Assembly: GCA_030704615.1 (NCBI GenBank)
Contig: CM060732.1
Span: 41,230,001 to 41,294,000, forward strand
Reading direction: 5' to 3'
Length of the DNA stretch: 64,000 bases
Origin: Takakia lepidozioides
Taxonomy: Eukaryota; Plantae; Bryophyta
In this document: positions 21,093 through 33,680 of the stretch, piece after piece
Position numbering within the stretch: the stretch's first letter is position 1
How the letters are laid out: each line of letters starts with the position of its first letter
Program-made: the position numbers and the translations under genes
Notes under the pieces: model-generated
The model's database searches: none
What the model saw: the letters and a program-made list of their open reading frames with translations, nothing else
Told to the model about the DNA's origin: nothing

Positions 21093-21874
21093 CCCTTAAT
21101 TTCCCAAGCCCTTTTTGGAGTTTTTAACAATTTTGGGTACCCAGCTGCAGTAAATTGCCCCTAGAAACCTACCAAAAATCATCCATAGATTCCAGCCATA
21201 CAGAAGTGGGCCCAGCCCACTTATGCACAACATATCAAAAAAGAGCCAATTCCACCATGGGAATTGAGATTATAACATTGGCCCAAACCTCAAATTTCAG
21301 GTCTCAAAGGAGAAGTGGACCAAGCGAATACCTAGCTTTATCCAATTTTGCTTGCCCCAAGACCCACCTTTTCCCAAATCCACAGTGGAATGGCTACAAC
21401 CCCTCTAAATTGCAGGTCCAACAGATTTTTTCACCTATGGTTGCTTTGTATATAATTACATAGGGGTTAAAATCAAAAAATTGACAAGAATGTGCCTCCA
21501 AATGAAGTACTTTTTTTTCTACAAAATTTCTAAAACCCAGCTGTGGATGTGTGTATGTAATGCGCACACACCACAAGGTGGAGTGGTTTTTACAATTTTT
21601 TAATTTTTACTAACTTTATTGATTTTATAATTTGGGCCTGTTTCCCGCCACATCAGCAGTCAATAAGCCCCAAAAATCTGACATAATTACCTTAGATATT
21701 TTTTTGTAGGTGGTAGCTTTTGTTTTTTCTTAATTTTTCTTTTTGCATCATGTTCCAGACAAGTCCTTTGTCATAAAAGCTTCAGGAGTGGCCCCCATCA
21801 GAGGAGATATGCTGAAATTAGGTGGAAGTGGAAATTTAGAGTGACCCCATTCCGGTCACTTGGGAAATTAAGGG
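21093..21874. mobile_element. piggyBac-like non-autonomous element (MITE), 782 bp
   Basis: Perfect 16-bp TIR CCCTTAATTTCCCAAG / CTTGGGAAATTAAGGG flanked by TTAA on both sides (21089-21092, 21875-21878). Confidence 0.8.
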
Positions 21875-24690
21875 TTAATGCAGTTTGGGGCCTCTATTTC
21901 CCCTTTTTCCAAACGGAACCAACTGGGGCTTCATCCGCTCTATCAAAACGAAAAAGAAAAAGAAAACCAACTTGAATTGTCGTGAGGATTACTGAGTATG
22001 TCCTTAAGATGACAAGAAAAACAGTCCCCTGTTTCCAAGGAGAAACAAAAAAAAACAAAATAGTCACTGGATTTTTTAGGAGATCTCTAAAAATAGCTCC
22101 ATATTGAAAAAAATAGCTCCATAGCTAAACAGAGCTTTTGAACAAAAGCAACAACATAAAGTCTAGGAAAAAGAAATAGAAATCTAGATGATTTAAGGTA
22201 AGCATTTTAAAGTTTAATCCCTTTTACCCGAAAAGCCAAAAAAAAGTTTAAGAAACCTAAAAGCAAATCTGGACTTAAAAATTGCTTTATGGACTACGTA
22301 GCAAGCTCCTTCTCACCGGCTACTTGAACATGACCGGCTAATGCTACACCGACATGCAGGCGACCGGCTGTAGTAGGCTAGTGTAGGAACCTACCTGTTT
22401 CTACCTTCCCCTTTCCCTTTCCCGCCCCGCCCCGCTGCTGATGTGAGGTTACGGAGAGGGAGACGGGTTACGGGAATGCGTGGACCAATGAGGACGCAGT
22501 AGGTCGTAAATGAGGAGAAGATCAAAGGTTATCCTGAGGAACCGGGCTCCTCTCGGCCAATCACAGCATGATGCAGCATCAGCCGGTTATGGACTAGGTA
22601 GCCGGGGAGGCGAGACCGGCTACACCACACCGGTGGCGTCGAGGGATTCCCTAGTGCCGGCTACACCCCGTAGCCGGTCAGGCCTCCCCGTCTACCAGAC
22701 ATAACCAAGGTTTCTAGTATTCGCTGGCAGTGGTGGGCTACGACGGGTAACAGGCCTGTCTAGGGCAAATTAAGCGCTGCCACGTAGGCAAAATGCCTCC
22801 AAACCTCGGTTATGAAGCTGTAAAAGGCTCAAGGGCACTGAACGATTGTAGCTCATTTTGCAGTTGTTCTACAGTTCAGTTTGGTGGAGAGTCTGTACTG
22901 GCTGTGGGTGTGTTGTATGCATCATTTTGAAGTTCAGTGTTCGCTGAGATTCTTGACTAGCCCAACGTTGTTGTCTGATTCGAAGTTTTGCTACTGATTA
23001 ATTGACACCATTCCTCAGTGTTCAACTGTTGTGGTTGCATACAAGCCATGGTGTCAATCACTAGCAACGGTAGAATGTCAGCCAGTAGCATAAATCAACG
23101 AGTAGTGTTGATGGTTGTTGCCATTTGGGCAATTTTGAGTACAAGTCCGAGCATTTTGGGCTGTAGCACAATGACCATTTGCACAAAAACATTAATGCCC
23201 GTTGAACAGTGAAATTAGTTCAATTATATAGTCGAGTATGGTCACTAATGTCTTCCACCTACAATGACCTTTAGTTGTGACAAACACCACTGAGTGAAAT
23301 CTGTAACTAATGTGAAACATGTAATAGTGGTATACGAGCCACATATATAGCGAATGAAGTCATCTCACTAACTACTTGACTGGTACATAGTTAATTTGCA
23401 ATAAAACATACCCTCTTCCATACATAAATGAAGTAAACCTAGCGAGATTTTTCCTTGAATTTCCATTACTAGCAGTAGTCTATTTCACCTCATTTTGTTA
23501 TAGTGAGTCTACCTCAAACCTAAATTCTTTCACTCAATATCTCACTGGTACTTAGATAATCTATAGTGAAACATTCCGTCTTTTGTACTAAAACAAACTA
23601 AATGATGTCACCGACAGTACTTAGGGAAGTGTTTCAAAATCTAACCCAAAACTTGTGAGTGTTTGAGGAAGTAAAAGATGAAAATTTGATGGGCTTCTTG
23701 TGTTGTCCACGTCCCAGTGTGGCTGGTCTAGGCTACTTCTCTACAATGCATGTCTTGCCATTTGCATCCTAAACAATGTGATGGACCTATGAATACTCTA
23801 AAAGTAGACCCCAAATCCTACATAGACGGTACATGAACCTTACATAGTATTCACCTTAAATAACATGTACAAAATGAGGGTACAGTTTAGGCTACAGAAC
23901 CAATGTTGCAAATGCAGGTCGTGATCGTTTTGGAGTAGCTTCTCTGCTACTTCCTTCCGAAGCAACATCCTGAGTAATGGGTTTGTAATTTGCGTCCCTC
24001 CTTGGAATGCTTTTGGCGCTCTCACTATCCGAGTCAGAGGACTCGAGTAGTATGTTCCCCTCCGACACCATGGCTCTCAGGCGACCACTCCTTTGTAAGA
24101 GTGTAGGGTCGATGGAAGGCTTGCAGGGTGAGTAGCCCAAGTGCAACTATGAACAAAAAAAGAACAACACAAGGAATGCGCAGCTAGCTCGTCTTTAGCC
24201 TAAGTGCTTGGCACAAACAGATGGAAAGAAAAATACGAGGAACGAGACATATACCCGACACAATAAATGGGTGACAAATTATTTCACCAATCCTAGTATA
24301 TCACTTGTCCAGGTGAGCTATTCTATCACTATGGATAATAAAATATTTAACTAGTTATGCCTACTCACTGAAATTTGAAAAAGAAATTGAGAATATGTAA
24401 AGCAGTTCATTCAAGAGGAATTATTTTGAAGGTCCCAGAAAAAAAGATAGAAGGTTCGACGAATGAGGTGGCACGCAAAGGGGTGTGGGTATGGGTAATT
24501 TAGCTTGTGAGGTGTCAAGCAAAGCCAGATAGAAGGGAGCATATGTGCCACATGGGAGCCTCCGCTCTGGCTCACCATCTCACCCACGAATGTAGTCGGT
24601 GGGCCCCATCTGCAGGTAGGTATAGCCATATGGTATAGTCATCTCACTGAGTGGTAGTAGTTGTTTTATATCTTGAGGGTGGGCCCAAGT

Positions 24691-25560
24691 ATGGGAGGTA
24701 GGATGAAAGTGGCTGGAAGAGGGCGAGCCAAAGTTGCAAAGGGTGCAGAGAAGTTCATAGAGGCAAGTGTTATAGTGGGCGTGGGTGCAGCAGATATCGA
24801 CGTCGAATGTTTACAAAAAATGGAAGAGTTTCTAGCTACCTGATGCATTTCTGCCTTATGTGCACTTGAAAGAGGTGACACTTTGTTCTATTGGCATTTG
24901 CAAATGGTTTGTAGGTTGTATGTGTCGAGTTTTATCATGTTAAACAAGCTTATCAAAAAGTACCTTGGGGGGATAACCCGAAGCTTGCACCACCTGGACA
25001 TATTGTCCACTGTAAAGCTCTTCGTGGTAAAGAGCTTCATACTTTACAGGCATGGTTGGGTATTCTCTTAAAAATGTCGATAAACTAGGTTTCACATTTG
25101 TATACAGAAATGTAAGTGCACACCAAATGTAGGAGGGTGTGGATCTGTATATCAAATATGGTGGGTCATCGACGAAGAATCGTGTATACCTCACACACCT
25201 GAATGTGTTGGAATGCGTACAAATGTGGAGCAAATACTAAATGCGCAGACAACTCGCCAATAATTTGCCTTCTGTATTACTCAGCATGTTAAAATCCGGT
25301 CAGTTTTACCTTGCAGTTGCATCGGTGGTGCCCTATAGAAATAGTGGGATGGATTTTCATAGAGTTGGTTCTATCTGGAAAACAATGGTGCAACTATACG
25401 AGTTGGAAATGGTGGACATCGCTCGAATTTTTTACGAGTGTTCGACCGGTTCTTCACGACTTCGGGACCTCTTTTGTGCACAACTTGTTTCTGAAGTTGA
25501 TAATTTTGCCACTTCACCTGTGCAATCTGACTCTGTGATTCAAAAGGGACCAAACTTATG
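24691..25560 (+). pseudogene. Replitron-type HUH (Y1) endonuclease/transposase, degenerate
   Basis: Across frameshifts and stops: ASVIVGVGAADID..LCALERG (ERG 24868-24876)..WHLQMV (HLQ 24895-24903)..KKYLG..PPGHIVHCKAL..LHT.GMVGY (25049-25063)..KNRVYLT..MLKSGQFY..PY..GMDFHRVGSIWKTMV. Recognised from memory of the Replitron HUH family. Confidence 0.75.
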
Positions 25561-27606
25561 CCAATGAGTGAACTTGTAGCTACCAAGGTCCCCTTTATTC
25601 CACTTGCTCATAGATTTACTGACAATCACCATGCATTTTAGTGACTAGTGGGTTCCCTATATAGCAAGTTTTGGCACTTTCATCTATCTATAGCCATGCA
25701 CATTTCTCTCTTTACATAGCCACCTTCATTTCTCCAACAAGTTGACTCTGACTTTCATTTATACAACTATGCCCTTATGCACTTTTAAATTTTTTGAGCC
25801 TTGTTAATAAAGATTGATGCTGGACCATCCAACAATCCACAGCCCCTTATATAGGCATGGGAGGCGGCGCCGGAGACTTCTGGACAGAAGACACTTCCGA
25901 GACGGTCCACCCTTTGACACGTTTTCACTAATTCTAACCGTACAAAATCTCTAATCCTAACCCACCATTGGCTGCTCCAATGGTGTGCCTATTTCCTTAC
26001 CTTCTATAAATAAAACATTCCCTCCCCCCTCCCCCCCAATTTAATACATCTCGCATTCCTCCATTCTTTTTTTGGACCCCCTTATCTCATTCCTTAATAT
26101 ACGTGGCCTTACTACATAAGCCCCCACTCTAATTCCTGGGCCACAGTAATTCCTGGACCACTGTAGAATGAACAGGCCCCAATGAAACTGCTCTACATAT
26201 TAGGTGTCCCACCACCCCCACCCGTATGCTCGACAGCCCCCCACCCTCACCGTATGCTCGACGGCTCCCTTTTTCTCTCGCCCCTCAGTGTCTTTCCCCT
26301 ACCTCTCCACTAGCCCCCCACTTCACTCAGTGCGTAGCTAGTCACTCACCGATTTTCCTTGATTGAAACTTGGGTTTACATATTGGATATGGAATATTTT
26401 TGCTTAGATTACTGGACACGTGTATTGTACAGTGGCATGCAAAGCTGGTGGAGTGTGAAAAGTGAAGTGTGAGCTTCACGAGTTTCACCACGATTTTGCA
26501 GCTTCACGATCTTGCAACAACTACCTATACAGAAATATAGTCTGGAGCAACAAGAGACTTACGGAGCCGAGTCCCAGCTCCAACATTCGTGCATGGTTCT
26601 GGTTCCGCAATGTCTCGTAAAGATGTCCATGGCTGCGTCATGAACAGCGCATGTAATGTTAAGTAAGGGGGCTGTGAACCCAACCATTTCGCGTTACTGC
26701 CCTTCTTGGAAGCAATGAAATTTGCAATACTTAAAACAAGAAGAGAAAAGAGACACACTTCACATGTGTATTTCAAGCTATCAATGTGCCTGTCTGTCAA
26801 ATAATGGGCAAATAATATCGTATCTGAAACAATGTCAGGGATTGTGAGGGATGCAGCCCATCGTCAACCCTGTCCGAGCTAGCTACATAGCACAACACTA
26901 TGGCCCTACATGACGCGGGAGAAAGCCGTGAAACAAAACCGCGGGGAAAACTCTCCGTGCTCTTGGGGCCTCATTTATTAGAGGGATGGTCGCTTTCCAG
27001 GCTCTTCTGTTTGTAAGTGCTTCAGTTCGTAAGTGCTTTTTTTTAAATAACCATCACTGAAATGTGCACCCGTTTCTTTGTGAACCTCTCCAGGCTATCT
27101 GACTGGCCCAGTACCAGTCCATAGTGGATGCAGAATGGAACATCATCTACGAAAAGGTAGACAAGTGTGTCTGGAGCGGTGCAAAGATTGTGCTATCACG
27201 GCTTGCTATGGGGGATTTGGCCACTTAGGTATTTGTGTCCAATTTGTAGTTGAGGTGGAGCAATCAGTAAGAACTCTATACTGGGTGTGACTTTTATATA
27301 GTGTGGTCTTAAACTTAGTGAGAGAAGAACAACCACATCAGATTTACTGGCGGTTCGACTTGATGCCTGGAGGCCCATAAGGTGGCACTTTGTTTCAACC
27401 ATGATGCATCTGGCCAAGGTAGGGCATTACCAATCGGTACATTAGTGTGGTGATTGCTGTTGGTATACTTTGAACCAACCATCGCAAACTGCCTAAAGTC
27501 ACGAGTCAGAAGAAATTTGCAAATAATGTGGTGTATCTCACTGTGAATCATACCCCTTGTCCCATTGTGGAGCAGTAAAATGCTCTATTGGTCCAATGCA
27601 TGTGCA

Positions 27607-29105
27607 GCACATAGATGATGGCAGAGTGAGGATGAAGGCCAACTGTGCAATTCTGACAGATGTGGCATTGCGTCAAAAGGCCATGGAGGTTCTGTTGAAC
27701 TACAATCCTTCATGGCTCCGTCTCGGACTGGTTGTAGTTCTTGGTTGCACTGCCCACAAGTGATCACTGTGGAGGGGTAAGCAAGGGAAGCCAAAGTTCT
27801 GAGTATGCCCTGTTGGAAGTCCTACTAGAACGGAACTTCCTGGCAGACGTTCCCTTGCCAAGTTCCTTGCCTCCAACAGGTCAGTTCATGGCACATGCTT
27901 CGCAGGATGGTATCTCATTGGCAAGGTTCAGAGTTGAGTGCTGGTGAGATTTTAATGCTCGTTGCACTACACAATGATTAAGATAACCAAAATTAGTTTC
28001 AGCTCTGCTAAGCAAAATTGTTTTTGATATGGTCAAGGCAATATCCTGTCTCTTTACTTTCTGTTATCTCATAAATTGAGACTTTGAAAGATCGATGGTG
28101 AATGGAAGATGATCCATTGCCATACAAACCTCCAATAGACCTACACACAATCAGCGTCAGTGGTAAGATCCTTTCACTGGAAAGTCATAGCAAACGATGC
28201 CTAACAAAATTTGCAACGTCTGCCCAGCTCATAGAACAAAGAATTTGTGGAACTTGGTCCCTTAGTAAACTGGTTAAATGTGCTGCAAAGAGTTACAAGG
28301 TTGTTTTGATCTGTATTTCAAATCTGAATGACAGATTTTCTCTCCGACGCCATGCAAGGAGAAGGGGATCTGATTGGACACCTTCGGAAAGTGGGATACC
28401 ATGTCTCTCAAATTCAGGTGAGATTTCAGTAGTTAGAACTGATGATGAACGAGTCCATGAATAGGTCGCCAAATGACCAAATGCTTGGATACGGTTCGAA
28501 ATCCTTTACCCCACCAGTGACATGGAATGAAATTCCAATGACGATGTTGAGAGATTTTGACAAAACAAAGGGCATGTGTGGGTGGGGCACAGACTCTATG
28601 TGTGCACAGTTTGGTTGAGGACCTTCAGGATGGTATCCGTTGTGCCGTCTGGCGCAGCGCCCATGTCAGAGGATCTATCAGTTCTTGCGGTGCTTTCCTA
28701 TACCTCTACCCTCTTGGCATCTCCCTGACCTTCTGCCTGTTTGCAATTTGGGTCCGCTCCTCTCAATCCAGGGAACAAGAAGTCTTTGCTACATTGAGTG
28801 AATAGAGGAGGTAGGCAGATGCAGATGGGATAGGGAGTTATTGAGGCAGCTACAGACAATGGAGACATGCACATACGGGGAGAGAAGAGAGAAGACAGCT
28901 GCACACTAATTAGAATAGCTCCCTGCCACCGTATTCTCATGAATTTAACTTAATTTTCATTGGTGGTTGGTTTGCATGTGAGTTGTCTGTGAATGCAGAA
29001 GAGGAAGTGGCCATGTCAAGTCAGGAAGACACTTGTGCACAGTTGCAAGGTAGCCTTGCAAAGTCTGGGACAGGCTGGGGTGCCTCTGCAGGATGAAAAG
29101 GGGGC
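27607..29105 (+). pseudogene. Fragments of an abnormal-spindle/ASPM-like (calponin-homology) gene
   Basis: HIDDGRVRMKANCAILTDVALRQKAMEVLLNYNPSWLRLGL (27607-27735), LVEDLQDGIR (~28611), HSCKVALQSLGQAGVPLQDEKG (~29037-29102). Frameshifted, with exons missing. Confidence 0.75.
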
Positions 29106-30034
29106 TAGCTAAACAGGCATCTACATTGACAGCTGTACGGACATACTGCATACTGCAAGCATGCGGTCTCAACAGATCTGAGATAAACTCGCACCTTACA
29201 AAATACCAGTTAACATGTATACAGATGCAAATAAACTCACAGCTCAACTGTGGCAGAGTTTATTTGCATTGGATAAAAAAATGTACTGACATACTCAAAG
29301 TGTATGGTTTGAGCAGTTGTCATCATGGGTAGCCCAGTGTTAACCAAACAAACACCAGCAGATACTCGTCGGAACACATTTGGGTCCACCAAAATTGGCG
29401 AAGAGAACATCCCATATAAGCCCACTAGAATGTTGCTGATCCGAGCATTTGTGTCCTGGCATACATCAATAATCTGCAGACCGACTTGGGGCCCCGACAG
29501 GCTCTCACCCACAGACTGCTGAGAAGTAGTTTAGCAGGAGATCAGCAGGTCTCTCGGGAGGTAGCAGCAGCCGGCGATACAGATATGCCTCCATGGTCGT
29601 TGGATTACCAGTCAAACAGGATAGATATATCCTCTCTGTCTAGACCGTTGATCCTTAGCTCACATTGTTTTGTGCTGCGTAAGGGCTCAGGTCAGGCTCG
29701 GGATGTTACACGTGGCAGAATGTGCATTACGCTGGAGAAGGCCGTCGTGGAGGACGTGCTTGAATCTGGACCGTCGCCTCACGTCGCCATCCGCACTGTC
29801 GCAGACTGTCGCAGATTGTTGAGAGCTATATATATATATAGGTAAAGTCTCGTATGTTGGCTCTCTGCTGCAGTGGTAGGGGATCTGCATACACGCTGCC
29901 CTCTCTCTTCTCATCTCATCTTCTCATCTTTGCCCCTGCGCTTTTCTTCTTTCTTATTTCTTCTCGAGCCCAGTACTCTAGTTGCTCTCTCTCATCCTCT
30001 GTGCCGATGCGGTTTCCCTTGCCGTGGGGGTGCT

Positions 30035-30497
30035 GTATGTCGCTGGTGCACTGAGAAAGGCGATACAGTCTGCGAAATTTGCCGTGAGGGTGGGGGTGCT
30101 ATATATCCACTTTGGTATGGCTGGTACGTGACTCACCAGCCATACGGATATACAGCACCCCCACGGAAAATTTCACAGACTGGTTCGCCTTTCTAGTGCA
30201 CTAGCGCTGACTTGCGATGTGCATACTTCACACTTCCTGAGCAAGCACATGGAGTCTCTAGGTTCCCAATCTCATCTTCTTCTTGGCATATGCGACACAC
30301 GGCTATAACGTACGGACAATATGTCGATTGAACTGAGCGGAGAGCGGCGAATCACAGGCTCGCATCGGTTGGAATTTCGCCACCCTCGAATCCTTGCTAT
30401 GGCCGCTGCAGAGCGTCACTTTCTGGAGGCTGAGTATGATGACTACGCCTCAGCTAATGCTAGTGGCGCTGCTTGCTGCCGCTCAGCAGCTCTGATA
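30035..30497 (+). pseudogene. Fragments of a RING-CH (RINGv) + DUF3675 E3 ligase gene
   Basis: CRWCTEKGDTVCEIC, GYTAPP, PRILAMAAAERHFLEAEYDDYASANASGAACCRSAALI. Confidence 0.8.
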
Positions 30498-32603
30498 CCA
30501 TGTCAGAAAAAACCGCTGGCGTGTGTGGTCGGGCTAGGGATTGAAGCTAGGCCTACCTGCTTTGCTCTGCTCTGAGTACCCTGCGGACATGATTATCGAT
30601 GCTTTGGACCGCCAGCAAATTAATTCTGATCTGCTCTGAATAGGGAGATGACTATGACAAGTCAGGAGATTTAGAACTTGTTGTTTCTGGAGGAAGGAAC
30701 TGGGGACCACATAGCAAACTGTTACCAGTAGGCAGAATTTCCTCTAACAATTAGAAGAACTACTTGTGAGTGCCAGTAACTTGGATGTGACTTGTATGCT
30801 TGGACCTTCCAGAGTCCAGACAATCATCTTCAATGAAGCATTATGGTGAACTTTTCACCAGCAGCTCACACACACTGACAAATCTACCTCAATTTGATGC
30901 AGTGTCACGAATTCCAGAAAGATCTATTATACCAGGAAAGAGGATTCATCCCTCAATCCAACGATGTCTTGTTTGACTATCGGTCAGTGGAATACTCGAT
31001 CAACCGATTGGACTGACAAGAGGAAGTATTCAATCATGAGGGAAAAGCCATCACTACACTCTTCAGAAAAATATAATGTCGTTCCTGCCTACCTTAGGTC
31101 GCTTCCATCCGTGTAGAACAGAACGAGTAGGGATGAAGATTTGGCTCCATGGACATCTGAAATGCAGGGGGAGCCGGCCTGACCCAAAATGTGTTCCTCT
31201 GTACTGGAAACCTTGACAAAAAGGTGATATTTCAAGGTGCTTTCTCTCATTTCCCTCCCGACAAGTGCCCACGTGTAGTGCAGCTTGGTGAGGAAGATTA
31301 CCAAAACAACACCTGTAGCGCAGTTGTGGATAGCAGCACACCTACGTCGAGCAAATTCAGCACTTCCAAGCGATCAACCGATACGGTGAGGGAAAACCTG
31401 GATCTTTAGGTTTATATTTGTATACGCAAGTATGTGCCGACTATGGCTCCTAGTGAGCCATAAAGGCGAGCCCGGTATAAACATTTCAAAGCGGGTTGGA
31501 TATTTCCATGAGAAGATACATGTCCCCAAGTGCCTCTCACTTTTTATGGCCGCAGAGTAGGTTAGGAGTTAGGAGTGGGTGGAGAGTGATATAGTACAAT
31601 ATTTAGGAGACTTACTGTAAGCGATCTGTAGGCGTAAGCAACAGAGAGATTCTCAAGGGTGCACGCGCACACGGAGCGGAAGCTGTGGAGAATCTTGGAC
31701 GAATGTGCATACATTATATGTTCTTTGATGAGTTTACGTTCAAGCCCACGAAACTCTAATGTCTCTACGACAGAGCGGCAATTAATGTGGGCCGCGGGTG
31801 CTCCATGTACGGGATTTTTTTGCCTACCCTTGAGCATGCATGTCAGCCTTCCACACGTTTTCCAGGGATATCGGTGTGCCCTCACAATCCTGGAATGAAA
31901 GATTCAAGACGCGATTTCACGAACTTCATTACACTCAGATTTTTGTCGATTAGTTTCAAGCCAATTGTGGGAGATTGTCCAGAGGACCAGTAGAGGAGGA
32001 CGAGGTTTATGGACAAGGGTGATGAGCAAGGAGGCTACCTGGAGGTGGAGAAATATGAGTAATTACGTCCAGCAGGGGTCAAATTTCAGCAAGAGAGTTG
32101 CTGGCATAGGCAAGGGTATGGAAAGCATGGAGCTCTGGAAGGAGTATTTTTCGAACCCCAGTCCACGGTGTAAAACTCGAGGCAATAAGGTGGGTGTCTG
32201 TTTTCTCACAATTCCTTGTGGCTGGACAACCCCATATACATATGTTGCACCTCTCGCAAGTTGCAAGAACTCAGAGAACCTTACCTGTATAACTTGTCTT
32301 GATGCATTTGGAGATTATAGTTTTGAAACACCTCTGTGTAAAAGGAGCTTCTCTGAAGCACAAATTCAGCATATGCTCTGGATCCTGGTAGGTAGTTTGC
32401 CAGTAAATTATGGGTTGTCAATCTCTATGATTTTTTGTTCTGGAGGCAGGGATAGCTCAAGCAGGCAGGGAGTGAATGTGGGTGCAGATCCATTGTAGAG
32501 GACCGGGTTTCAAGCACAAGCATATAAACGAGGCACAGTGGATTGCCGGCTACAAGAAACCTCCGTGGGTGGATGACAACCTGGAGGCACCTAGGGGTAA
32601 GTA

Positions 32604-32689
32604 GAGAGAGAAGACTCCAGCCGAAGCCGGCGTAACTGAGAGCCACTTCACCTTGCAGCTACTGGCCCCTTTCGGGGATGGGCCCTATC
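32604..32689 (-). mobile_element. 86-bp putative retroposed insert (SINE/LINE 3' end-like) with 11-bp TSD
   Basis: Flanked by AGGGGTAAGTA twice (32593-32603, 32690-32700). Absent from the paralogous copy at ~39401-39411. Minus-strand 3' end is (TC)n. Confidence 0.6.
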
Positions 32690-33680
32690 AGGGGTAAGTA
32701 TCCTTTTTGGGATGGATTCTGAGAGAGAGAGAGGCATGTAGAAAATAGAAGATAGGGGGTGATAACTGGGAGACTTCTTGCTACAATGATCCTACGTTTG
32801 ATCACATGACATGCAAGGGCTTACAAAGACCAGCGGATTCTACTGGTATTCTTCTGTTTCCAGGATCAGGATGTACTTTTTTTTCCTTCTGCAGCAGCAT
32901 ATTGGGCTTCTTTCTTCCTCTATCAGATGGAGAAGGTGATACCTGTGAATATTGCCCCTTTTTGTCCCCCCCCCTCTTCTTTTGCTTTAGGTTTCCATGT
33001 GTGTGTATAGCTGACATAGCATGTACCCCACTTTTCATGGGCTTTTAGTTGGCTAGTCAATCTGAAGTTTCTCATAAGTTTATGCTAGGGATTTGCAGAA
33101 AAATATCAAAAGAAACAAAATACAGAAGTGGAGAAGCTCTTGAATGACTGTTTTGGAAACCCCAAACAATGGTGGGACAATCAGTAAGGTGAAAGCCTGC
33201 TATGTTACAGCAGTGTGCAAACGACAAGATCAACGGAAAACCTTCCTCGCAAATTAGTGATGTCGTCCATGGTCTCTCCCTTGCCTCTCTCACTCTGTTT
33301 TTGTGCATCGGGGTTGAGTTGTTCATCAGTTTCTCTGGTTCTGCTTTATTGTCTACTATGAGTGTTGCATATCCTATGGACAGAAAAAAATTGTGTCTTT
33401 CCTCAACACTGTGACTGGCAGTGCAACCACATTTGCACGTGCCACATCTCTTGCAAGTGAGAGGACTAGTAGGTCACTTCATGGTTTTTATGTTCAGGTT
33501 TCTTACTCATTGTTTTCAGAGGTTTTTTTCCTGTGCAGAGTCTTGGCAGCTAGTCACTAAAAAATGATTGGATTGTCTTGTACCCTGTGATGGATTCTCT
33601 GAGATACAAGGCTTGTCAAATACGTGGGGCCGGGAAGCGGGGTTCTATCCTGTCAATTCTGTGGATGGAGGGAGAGCTGA

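Noticed and set aside
22290-22790. ACCGGCTA-rich GC island as a defined element
   Set aside because: Probably a TE remnant, but no convincing TIR, LTR or TSD was found.
26125-26164. Tc1/mariner-like terminus (TA-CAGTGGTCCAGGAATTA on minus)
   Set aside because: Only one end found, so an element cannot be delimited.
31965-32498. 177-aa ORF as a gene
   Set aside because: No recognisable domain. It spans the boundary of the duplicated non-coding PPR upstream region.
32604-32689. Hammerhead ribozyme
   Set aside because: The CUGA and GAAA strings do not form the CUGANGA/GAAA core with three closing stems.
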